Shown: piece by piece, positions 9,747 to 18,654 of the stretch | Numbering within the stretch: the stretch's first letter is position 1 | Layout of the letters: each line of letters starts with the position of its first letter | From: a virus | Lineage: Duplodnaviria; Caudoviricetes | Length of the DNA stretch: 64,000 nt | IMG/VR virus record: IMGVR_UViG_3300029305_011823 | Direction: 5' to 3' (one strand) | The notes under the pieces: model-generated | What the model was told of the DNA's origin: nothing | The model's database searches: none | What the model saw: the letters and a program-made list of their open reading frames with translations, nothing else | Made by a program: the position numbers and the translations under genes

Positions 9747-12063
9747 AATTCCAACCACTATCATCTCCACCTGAACTCATATCATCTCCACCAGCATCTT
9801 TATTTGCTTTCTTAGCCGTATCTTTAACAACTTCTAATTTAACATTTTCCATTATTTCATCTATTAATTCCCAAGGAAGCATAGGTAATACTTTTCTAGA
9901 GAATTCTTTTCTAAACATATCTTTTGTAGTATTTAATTCAGGTGTTTCTTCTGCATATTGACCAAATTCAGATTTTTCTACGAAATCTAATATTTGATCT
10001 CCATAACCTAACATATCTACTAAGTTATTATTAGGTAATGTTTTTGGTCTTTGTAATGTATATTTAAAGTTTGCTATATCTTCCATTTCCATATCAGTAC
10101 AATAACAAAGTATCTTTTGATACATTTCTGTTATATCTTCATTAAAGTTATCTTGATACATCATAACTCTACGTAAATGTTTAGCATTTGCCATTACTAA
10201 TGTTTTAGCAAAATCTGCTTCATTTATATAGTTCATTATAACTGAAGGAACACCAGTACCATTTATATAGTCCTGTTTTAATTGTTCCATGAATTCATTT
10301 TGCATATTAACGTCTTGACCTTGTATTATATCCCAAGATAATCCTCTTTCTCCAGATTCACCTTCAGGTATAAATAAGTCCCTTCCAGTACCTATCTTAC
10401 TATATATAGAAGAATAATCCATTAAATCTCCTATTCCTATTTGTTTAGACTTCCATTGTCTAGCAACATCCATTGTTTTATTTATAACATTTTTATCTAT
10501 TCCAGATGTTTTAACATATGTTACTACAGTATCTTGTGATTTAGTTAGATATGTTATCATATTGAATACAAGTATTGATAAATAAAGCTTAGCATAGAAT
10601 AATGACTTATATATCATTGATTGTCCATTACCATTTTCATCTTCATTTACAGAGAATCTACATATATGGTCACCAGGAATAAATTGATAATGTAATTTTC
10701 TTTTATACATATCATCATATAGTAAAGAGTTTATTATTAATTCTTTAAACTCTATATTATCATTTAGATATTTTTTATCAAACGATTTAACTATAGCATC
10801 TGCTATATTACTTATTAAGTTTTGTTGGTCTGTAGATTTATTAGCCATGTTATCCATTATATTTGTAAATCTATGCCCATGGTTACAGTGATGTTTATTT
10901 GTAACATCCATTTCAGCATCATGAACGTAATAGTAACCGATAGTATAGTTCATAAGCTTAACTGGTATAACTTTTTTAGGGTCTAATAGTTTTATATAAC
11001 AACCTTTAATATCAGACCAATCCTCAACTTTATAACTTTTAACACCATCACTAAATCCTAATGATGAATATTTATCTTCACCATTTGATTTACCATTTTT
11101 CTTTTTACCTTTGTGTTGTTTTAATAAATTTGTTAAATTATTAAATTGTGCTAAATCTTTCATAGCACCCACCATATTATTATTTTCTAATATAGGTATT
11201 GGTATATCTGTATTATTTATTTTTATATTTTCTGATATATATGAAACCATTTCATCTGGTTTAACATCTTTAAGCGATTTATCTAATTTAAGACTTTCTA
11301 AGAATGCTTTTGCATCTGCAGATTCCATTGCTGCACCACTAGTACGTTCTAATTTTTTCTTTTGAGTGTTTTCATATAGTTTACTTTCAGGTATTACATA
11401 AACATAATATTCACCATATTTTAATGTTTTAGGGACTATATGTTCTCTTACCATATAATTTAAACCGTGTATTTGTTCTTGTCGTTTAACTTCTTCAACA
11501 AGTTCATCGTATTTCTTTTCATCATCTTCTACTCCATCCATAGAGAAAGTTAATGATTTAGATATATCTGCACCAACGTCATCTGATGAAACTATATCAT
11601 CCCTTGTAGTATTTATAGCTTCACTTAATTCAACCAACTGTTCACTTATTATTTCTAAGTCGTTGAATAATAATGCTTTATTTTTAAATCTATCTTGGAA
11701 AGTTGCGAATATAGAACCTTCACCAGAAGAAAATAAGTTCTCTAAAGCATTTTCGTTTCTAGGATCCATTATACTGGTATTAAATTTATTAGACCCTGAA
11801 TTTTGTATAGTGTTTATTAAGAATCTACTTAGATCATTTTCACCACCATACGATTTCATTTCTTCCATATCATCGGCTATAACTCTTCTTATCTTTTCAG
11901 ACATTGTATCCATAGTTGTTTTATTTACATCTTCATCTACATCATGTGTATTCATGGATATCTTTTTATATAAATCTTGGAAAAGGTCATTTAATTTTAT
12001 CTCTTCCTTACTAGTCTGAATTTCTTTATCTTCTCTTTTTTCTTTTTCAGATTTGTTCGCCAT
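9745..12063 (-). CDS. portal protein
   Basis: 772 aa; LKYGEYYV, LLDPKKV, GQSMI and TGVPS motifs follow portal-family order; adjacent to the tail genes. Confidence 0.75.
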   Translation of the reverse strand: MANKSEKEKREDKEIQTSKEEIKLNDLFQDLYKKISMNTHDVDEDVNKTTMDTMSEKIRRVIADDMEEMKSYGGENDLSRFLINTIQNSGSNKFNTSIMDPRNENALENLFSSGEGSIFATFQDRFKNKALLFNDLEIISEQLVELSEAINTTRDDIVSSDDVGADISKSLTFSMDGVEDDEKKYDELVEEVKRQEQIHGLNYMVREHIVPKTLKYGEYYVYVIPESKLYENTQKKKLERTSGAAMESADAKAFLESLKLDKSLKDVKPDEMVSYISENIKINNTDIPIPILENNNMVGAMKDLAQFNNLTNLLKQHKGKKKNGKSNGEDKYSSLGFSDGVKSYKVEDWSDIKGCYIKLLDPKKVIPVKLMNYTIGYYYVHDAEMDVTNKHHCNHGHRFTNIMDNMANKSTDQQNLISNIADAIVKSFDKKYLNDNIEFKELIINSLLYDDMYKRKLHYQFIPGDHICRFSVNEDENGNGQSMIYKSLFYAKLYLSILVFNMITYLTKSQDTVVTYVKTSGIDKNVINKTMDVARQWKSKQIGIGDLMDYSSIYSKIGTGRDLFIPEGESGERGLSWDIIQGQDVNMQNEFMEQLKQDYINGTGVPSVIMNYINEADFAKTLVMANAKHLRRVMMYQDNFNEDITEMYQKILCYCTDMEMEDIANFKYTLQRPKTLPNNNLVDMLGYGDQILDFVEKSEFGQYAEETPELNTTKDMFRKEFSRKVLPMLPWELIDEIMENVKLEVVKDTAKKANKDAGGDDMSSGGDDSGWN

Positions 12064-12105
12064 ATTTTTTCAACTCCTTATAATTAGATTATTTCATCCG
12101 TATCA

Positions 12106-12117
12106 TATGTAATTGTT
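12106..12117 (-). promoter_or_regulatory. AR9-type late promoter
   Basis: AACAATTACATA on the minus strand. Confidence 0.7.
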
Positions 12118-12157
12118 TAAATGGGTAAAAAAATAACCTTAACCATAAGGTTAAGGT

Positions 12158-12820
12158 TTAGTTTAAATCTAAAAATCTGTAAATATAAGTTATTTCTATT
12201 TCGAAAGTTACTTCATCTTTTTTATTTCTTTCTTCTATTTTATTTTTAAATATACCATAAAATGTTCCGTTATCATTTTCTTTAATTTCTAAATTAAATT
12301 CACTTGACTTACCTATCATTGGAAATAATTTATGTGTTAATAATAAATCATACTTATCTTTTCTTACATTTATAAATTCTTTATTTACAAATCTTTCGAT
12401 TAGTTCATTTATATTACATTTATATTTAACATTTTTAGTTATCTCATTTATATAATCTATATTAAGTTTTTTATTATCTTGAAACTCTCCTACTTCATAA
12501 TCCATTTCTGTTGTACGGAATACTAATCCACAATCAACAAAAAATCCGATTATTTTAGATTTCCCTGCTTTAAGACAATCACTAATCGCTTTTAAATTTA
12601 ATTTTAATAATTGATTTTCTCCAATCTCAAATAACTTGTGTAACGTGCTATTACAAAATACTCTTCCTGAATCTAATTTACTTTCTAAAGAATAACATAA
12701 ACCTTCATTATTTATATAAACTTCATCGTATATATTTTTCAACACTTTAACGTTATTTTCCAATTCTTTAAGAAAAGAAGTTTTAAACTTCTTTTCTTTT
12801 TCTTCAAATATTACATTCAT
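12158..12820 (-). CDS. hypothetical protein
   Basis: 220-aa ORF immediately downstream of the DNA polymerase subunit. Confidence 0.8.
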   Translation of the reverse strand: MNVIFEEKEKKFKTSFLKELENNVKVLKNIYDEVYINNEGLCYSLESKLDSGRVFCNSTLHKLFEIGENQLLKLNLKAISDCLKAGKSKIIGFFVDCGLVFRTTEMDYEVGEFQDNKKLNIDYINEITKNVKYKCNINELIERFVNKEFINVRKDKYDLLLTHKLFPMIGKSSEFNLEIKENDNGTFYGIFKNKIEERNKKDEVTFEIEITYIYRFLDLN

Positions 12821-12824
12821 ATAA

Positions 12825-13227
12825 TTACTCCCTTCTGTATTTATTTTCCTCAGGAATTATTTTACTTGTATCTTTACCAAATTCTTTTCCGACCATTTCT
12901 AATATTTCCATCATATTCGGTAAATTCATCCATCTAACTCCTGTCATAACAGGATTCTGACATAACATATTTTCCACAAAATCTTTTCCTGAATCATACA
13001 TATTACCTTTGTCATTGTTCATTTCAAAAGCTGTATATCTATCATAAACTTTTTCATCTAAAGATATTTTACCTACTAATGTATGTGGTCCAACATTATG
13101 TGCTATTTTAATACTTGGATATAGACTTGAGAAGTCAAAATCTATAACATACTTACGTACATATCTGTTCTTAACTCCATTAACTTCCATACCATTAACT
13201 GTACTATTTAATGTCGGGTCTCCAACT
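12825..13227 (-). CDS. family B DNA polymerase N-terminal subunit, exon 2 (motif A)
   Basis: VGDPTLN...YVIDFDFSSLYPS; joins exon 1 in frame after intron removal. Confidence 0.9.
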
Positions 13228-14125
13228 CATTCATGTTCACGTGGGATCGTTACTCCCACGCCGTTTCTCTAAGAACCGCTCATACTTTCATATGAGATCA
13301 GACTATATCATCATTCTTTTCAGAATGGCTCCCGTTTCCACTCACTTGAGTGTACTCTACTCCCTTTCACTTTACAGTGTGGTTTCGATAGTCGTTGAAC
13401 GTTATATTTATTTTAAAAAATTATATTGGTTTGAAACGTGTACCCACGATTTTCCTCTATTTATTTTCTTAACACAATCGTATCCCACATTAAGATATTG
13501 AGCTATCTCTTTTAAACTCATTTTACCTTCATCAATCAACTTACATATTTTATGTGCTGTTTCTTCATTTATAGTTGCAAAATGAGATTTTTCGCCGACT
13601 GTGTATATAAGTCCAGTTTCTATCGCATGTTTTGTATTTTCTTTAGCTGTAACCCATTCTAAATTATCTGGACTATTATTATCTTTATTCCCGTCTATAT
13701 GGTTAACAAAAGGTTTATTTTCATTATTTTCACAAAAACTTTCTGCTACTATTCTATGTTTAGGTTTTATATGTTGTTTACCTTCACTATCCCTTAATTT
13801 TATTCTAACATAACCATTATGATTATGTGTTCCTTCCATAAAAGTTAATGTTTTTAAACTAAAAATTCTACCTTTATTGCTAACCAAATAATCATAATAA
13901 TACTCACCATCTATAAAAACTGTTATGAATATTTCATTTTCATCTTCAGCTATATCTTTGTAGTACATTATTATCAACACCTTTATAATTTTATTTCCAA
14001 TATAATTTTTATAATAAATATCTTCGCTGCTGATTGCCCAATCCTAAAGATTTTTACACTTTGGTACTTTAGGCTCTAAGGGTGTTCCAGCAATTAGAGA
14101 GCTTTTATAGCGTCCATTGGTATTA
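13228..14125 (-). mobile_element. group I self-splicing intron (898 nt) in DNA polymerase
   Basis: P (AATTGCTGGAA), Q (GGCAATCAGCAG), R (GTTCAACGACTA), S (GATATAGTC); P1 GCGUU/GACGC with U.G at the 5' splice site; terminal G; P10 CCAAU/GUUGG. Confidence 0.92.
13408..13968 (-). CDS. intron-encoded NUMOD4/HNH homing endonuclease
   Basis: YLVSNKGRI; HRIVAESF...VNHIDGNKDNN...NLEWVT..EN..HA; C-terminal HTH-like segment; lies between Q and R. Confidence 0.9.
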   Translation of the reverse strand: MYYKDIAEDENEIFITVFIDGEYYYDYLVSNKGRIFSLKTLTFMEGTHNHNGYVRIKLRDSEGKQHIKPKHRIVAESFCENNENKPFVNHIDGNKDNNSPDNLEWVTAKENTKHAIETGLIYTVGEKSHFATINEETAHKICKLIDEGKMSLKEIAQYLNVGYDCVKKINRGKSWVHVSNQYNFLK

Positions 14126-15522
14126 AACGCTCCTGCGAATTTTTCTTTTTCTTCTTCATCCTCATCTGAATCCCAATCTTTATTATAATCTAAGTTTATA
14201 TTATTACCGATAACATAACCTTGTTTTAAATATTCAACATAACATCTATTTCTTAATAATGCTGTTTGTGAGAAAACTTTCTTATAAGGAACACTATTTA
14301 ATATACTTCTTGTATATAAGTTATCTAAATCTGAAGTTTTTCTTTCTATACCATATTGTAAAAGAACGTCTTTTATGTTGTACAATAAGAACTTTTTATA
14401 ATTCACATATGGTAATGTTTTGATGTTTGCTTCTTCACTATAATCAAGTTTTTCATCACCTAATTCTTTTTGTCCTATAATGTTTAATTTAACAGAACCT
14501 AATTCTGATTGACCTTTTCTTATTTGTGCATATAAAATCATTTGGTCTACCCATACTGTATAATCTGAAATTGTAAACCAATCCTTTTTCATCTTAACTG
14601 CAAAGTTTTTTCTATCTGCATAATAATAACATTTCTTTATAGGAAATTCTGGATGACACATTATATCTGCAGGATTTTCACCTAATTCGGTTATTCTATC
14701 CATTAAATAATTTGCGTCGAAGTTCATATTCCAAAACATTATAAAATCTCTTTTTAATAAATGAATTAATTTAAAATAATCTTTCAACATTGCTAATTCA
14801 TCTTTTTCATCATAGAATACTATATTATATTCAAACTCTCCATATGATTCATCAAACATCTTATGACATTCATGTTTAAATAAATCTAAATTATCTTCAA
14901 GTTCTTGTATTTGAGGATTCTTTTCATTTCTTAATGCGAATGTAAAACATTTTCTAGTTTTTTCATCTATTAATGTTATTGCATTTATTGGTGCAACACC
15001 ATCTGTAACGAAACCTTCTACATTTATACCATCAACCTCTATATCTGAATATAGTTTAGTTATTGGTTTAGGTTTTTCATTTAAATAATTACATGAAAAT
15101 TGTATTCTATAATATGACTCTGGATCATAATCACTTGCTAATACATATGGATACTTATGAAGATTTTTCATTGCTTTTCTATTCTTTGATTCTGCACAAC
15201 TTCTATAATAAGCTTCATATTTTCCACCTGCTTGTTTAGCTATATCTCTAGTTGCATATTTACAACTTATATTTTTAATCTCACATTGATCTACTGGTAA
15301 AACATATTTAGGATGTTCATAATTTCTATATTCAGGTTTTGTAAAATATACATCCATTGTAGGATTTAATATAGTTTCTAAATATTTTTCATCAGTTGCT
15401 AAATCTTTATATATAACATCTATAGAATCCACCCAATTAGTTTGTGGACTTGGTTGATTATAAATAACATTCAATAACATAATATCGTCTCTTCTAGTTT
15501 CTTTTAATTGTAAGAATTCCAT
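14126..15522 (-). CDS. family B DNA polymerase N-terminal subunit, exon 1 (3'-5' exonuclease)
   Basis: ExoI SDIEV, ExoII WNMNFD, ExoIII YNIKDV; ends KFAGA at the splice junction. Confidence 0.9.
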
Positions 15523-15563
15523 ATATAATTACCTCCTTATTATACGAATAATATTTCATATCA

Positions 15564-15575
15564 TATATTTTTGTT
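15564..15575 (-). promoter_or_regulatory. AR9-type promoter
   Basis: AACAAAAATATA upstream of the polymerase RBS. Confidence 0.65.
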
Positions 15576-15591
15576 AAGTTAGAAATAAGAA

Positions 15592-15632
15592 TTAATAAGA
15601 TATGAGAAACTCACATTCTCATATCTTATTAA
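15592..15632. repeat. perfect 17-bp hairpin between divergent genes
   Basis: TTAATAAGATATGAGAA-ACTCACA-TTCTCATATCTTATTAA. Confidence 0.85.
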
Positions 15633-15765
15633 CCTAAGGCATATATTTTATATGGATGAAATATATTCTAATTATTAATTATATGTATTACTGGTAAGAT
15701 TTTATTTTAACCTCCCGACAATATATTAAGATTAGACATGAATATTAGTAATGGAGGTTTGTAGT

Positions 15766-16308
15766 ATGAGTGTGTATTTTATTGCTGATACTCATTTCGG
15801 GCAGAAAAGAACTTTAGAAAAGAGTAAAAGACCATTCAGTAGTGTAAAAGAAATGGACTTGATAATGTATATGAATTGGAACATGACGGTTAAACCAGAA
15901 GATACGGTATATGTTTTAGGGGATTTCGGTATAATGGATATTTTACCTTTGCTTAATGGTAAAAAAATATTGATTAAAGGAAATTATGAAAGACAAAAAC
16001 CTGAATTACTGGAAGGTCATGAAGACCAATTTGAAGAAATACATGAATTCATACACGAGACAAAAATAGTTCATGAAGGTAAAGAATACAATCTAACTAT
16101 GACGCATGAACCATCGAGAGTAAGAGATAAGATATTGGATGATAAAACACTTGTGTGTTATGGTCATATACATAAATTATGTATGGTTAAAAAATATGGA
16201 CTTTGTGTAAGTGCTGATGCACATAATTTTACACCATTATCTTTAGAAGATGTTATTTATTATCATAATGCAATTTTAAATTATTACGATGATGATGTGT
16301 TTTATTAA
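15766..16308 (+). CDS. calcineurin-like metallophosphoesterase
   Basis: DTHFG, LGDFG, KGNYE, THEP, GHIH motifs. Confidence 0.9.
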   Translation: MSVYFIADTHFGQKRTLEKSKRPFSSVKEMDLIMYMNWNMTVKPEDTVYVLGDFGIMDILPLLNGKKILIKGNYERQKPELLEGHEDQFEEIHEFIHETKIVHEGKEYNLTMTHEPSRVRDKILDDKTLVCYGHIHKLCMVKKYGLCVSADAHNFTPLSLEDVIYYHNAILNYYDDDVFY

Positions 16309-16332
16309 AACTAAATAAAGGAGGAAATAAAT

Positions 16333-17343
16333 ATGGATGATATGTTCAATGACTTAAACAATGAGGAGATTCAAGATAATACTAGCTTTAATATGCCTGA
16401 AGATTATGATTTTATTGCCGATTATGAGCAATTAATGGCAGATTTAGATAATCAAGATCCTATGGATATATTACCAGAGTTTGATGAATCAGATGATTTC
16501 TATCAAGCTATTGATAATTGGGATAATGGTGAATATATTGAAGAACCTCTTGATAAATACTCAAGAAGAGGAAAGCAGTCCTATAGTAAATATAAAGAAG
16601 ATGAAAATGAGTTTAAGAAAGAGTTTGCTGAGGAGTTGGCAATGCTTTACGATTTACTTGATGAAGCTAATAAATTTAATAAGAAGTTAACTAAAAAATA
16701 CGATGCTATGGATGGTAATAAAGCTAAAGGTTCTTCTAAATACTTAAATGATTTAATAGAATCAGTATTATCATCTACAACAAATAGATTACAAATTATA
16801 AAAGAAATAAACTCACTTAAAAAGAATATACAAGAGCTTAAAATTAAAGCTGATGGTAAATATGCTAAAATGGGTGGAGACGGTTCATTAGAAGACGATG
16901 CTAATAGCTTCTTCCAAAACATAATGGGTGTTGGAAGAAATAATTTTGTTTCAGCATTAAATGGTGATCCAGATTTCCATTTCTCAAATCCAGATTATTC
17001 TAATGATGATGATATAGAATATGCAAATGCTTTACCAGATGCTCAAGAAGCTATTCATGATATAATAAACGAAAGATTGGAAAATGAATCAGGTTTAAAT
17101 GCTAGAAGTATAGAAGCTGAGAAATATATAATATACGAACATTTAAAACCAGAATTAAAAATAATGAGAAGTGCTGTAGATAATACTTGGGAAATTATAG
17201 CTATTGATAAAGATGGTCAAAGAATTCCTGATTATCCAGTACCAAGTCGTAAAGATTTAGGTAAAGTAAAATTCTCTGCCGATGGAGCTTGGGCAACCGA
17301 TGCTTATGGTAGATCTTATAAAGTAATAGAGAAATTCTGTTAG
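16333..17343 (+). CDS. hypothetical protein (acidic N-terminus, coiled coil)
   Basis: 336-aa ORF with GGAGG RBS. Confidence 0.8.
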   Translation: MDDMFNDLNNEEIQDNTSFNMPEDYDFIADYEQLMADLDNQDPMDILPEFDESDDFYQAIDNWDNGEYIEEPLDKYSRRGKQSYSKYKEDENEFKKEFAEELAMLYDLLDEANKFNKKLTKKYDAMDGNKAKGSSKYLNDLIESVLSSTTNRLQIIKEINSLKKNIQELKIKADGKYAKMGGDGSLEDDANSFFQNIMGVGRNNFVSALNGDPDFHFSNPDYSNDDDIEYANALPDAQEAIHDIINERLENESGLNARSIEAEKYIIYEHLKPELKIMRSAVDNTWEIIAIDKDGQRIPDYPVPSRKDLGKVKFSADGAWATDAYGRSYKVIEKFC

Positions 17344-17353
17344 GAGGTATAAT

Positions 17354-17890
17354 ATGGACAAAAATAAAATAGATGTGTTAGATAAATATTTTTTAATACA
17401 TCAAATAGAAAATATAATATTAGAATTAGACGGTAAGAAAAGAGGATATCTTACAAACGATAAGATAGAAATACAGATAGGTATGTGGTTAAAACTTTTA
17501 CAATTGCTTAAAGATTATGATGAGATTGATAAAAATCATAAGTTTGTTTTTGACGTTGAAACCGTTGGTGAAATATCGGATGGTTCACACACATTTAATG
17601 AACTATATGCTCATAGAGCTTCATTATTTGCTGTTATATGTAACACATATCCAGAAAATGCATGGAAGAGTTGGAAACACCATCATGAAGAAAATTTTCC
17701 AATGTATGAAGATTATTTTATAGTTGGAGTAAATACACCTGAAGGACAATATTCTTATCATTATCATAAAGATTGGTGGGATAAATTTAAAGTCCAAGAG
17801 TTAGAAGAAGCACCTAAATTTGATGGTCATCAACCAGATGATATAGATAGATTATTTTCTTTAGTTGGAGAAAAAAATAAAGATGAATAG
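17354..17890 (+). CDS. conserved phage protein (WDGH-like domain)
   Basis: SDGSHTFNELY.HR...WKS..H...G..TP.GQ.SYHY...AP.FDGH pattern. Confidence 0.65.
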   Translation: MDKNKIDVLDKYFLIHQIENIILELDGKKRGYLTNDKIEIQIGMWLKLLQLLKDYDEIDKNHKFVFDVETVGEISDGSHTFNELYAHRASLFAVICNTYPENAWKSWKHHHEENFPMYEDYFIVGVNTPEGQYSYHYHKDWWDKFKVQELEEAPKFDGHQPDDIDRLFSLVGEKNKDE

Positions 17891-17913
17891 GGTTATCCCT
17901 ATTCATCTTTTTT
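17881..17913. terminator. bidirectional terminator
   Basis: AGATGAATAGGG-TTAT-CCCTATTCATCT between convergent ORFs. Confidence 0.8.
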
Positions 17914-18364
17914 ATGATATAAATTCTATCGTATCTTCTATATCCTCATAATATAATAACATTTCATTCTCGCCATTATATGCTTCGTATAAATATTTAC
18001 ATAATTCATTATCTGGACAGTTTCTATAACATGTTTCTATCAATTGCTGAACATCTAAACAGAATACACCACTGATGTCAGCTTTAAATACTGAACCTTG
18101 TTCATCTTTTGTATCACTGAAATATGATTGAGCAAAACTTTCTGCAATTTCTTTATCGTATGAACATGATATTAATCCATAATAAGATTTTCTCACATCT
18201 TCTTCTGTATGACAACTTGCTCCATGATATACTGTACCTTTGTCATAATATCTACCATATTCAATCATTAATTCTTGGCATATATCTTCAGGTCTACCAT
18301 AACAACAATCATATTCTAATATCTCAGATAACTTTTCAGATAACTTTTCGTAATTTATACTCAT
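17912..18364 (-). CDS. ADP-ribosyltransferase-like protein
   Basis: VYHG ... ISCSYDKEIAESFA ... ENEMLL matches the ART strand-1 / S-x-S / ExE layout. Confidence 0.55.
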   Translation of the reverse strand: MSINYEKLSEKLSEILEYDCCYGRPEDICQELMIEYGRYYDKGTVYHGASCHTEEDVRKSYYGLISCSYDKEIAESFAQSYFSDTKDEQGSVFKADISGVFCLDVQQLIETCYRNCPDNELCKYLYEAYNGENEMLLYYEDIEDTIEFIS

Positions 18365-18390
18365 AGCAAAACCCCTCCATATTATATTAA

Positions 18391-18585
18391 TTATTCGTTA
18401 TCTTCTTCATCTTCCCCTTCAAATAATCCTAATTTTACTAATAGACCATTAGCAACTTCATTATTTATAACGAATAATATAAATGAAGACCAAACCCATA
18501 TTTGATTAAAGTTTGCTTCATTACCAAATAAACCTGCTATTACTAAACCATATAATAAGCATGTAATTAATAACATTATTCTCAT
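18391..18585 (-). CDS. small membrane protein
   Basis: 64 aa, hydrophobic, GGAGG RBS. Confidence 0.7.
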   Translation of the reverse strand: MRIMLLITCLLYGLVIAGLFGNEANFNQIWVWSSFILFVINNEVANGLLVKLGLFEGEDEEDNE

Positions 18586-18620
18586 AACATTTACCTCCTA
18601 ATTTATCTTTTATTCACTTA

Positions 18621-18654
18621 TATAATATAGCATTAAATTCAGACCTTATTACAC
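18621..18654 (-). promoter_or_regulatory. early-type promoter motif (TGTAA...ATATTATA)
   Basis: One of 10 copies of a conserved ~34-bp upstream motif. Confidence 0.65.

Noticed and set aside
13211-13501. 96-aa plus-strand ORF
   Set aside because: Antisense to the intron catalytic core; no RBS
14044-14125. C-terminal 27 codons of the 492-aa polymerase ORF
   Set aside because: Read-through into intron sequence (P1-P3 region)
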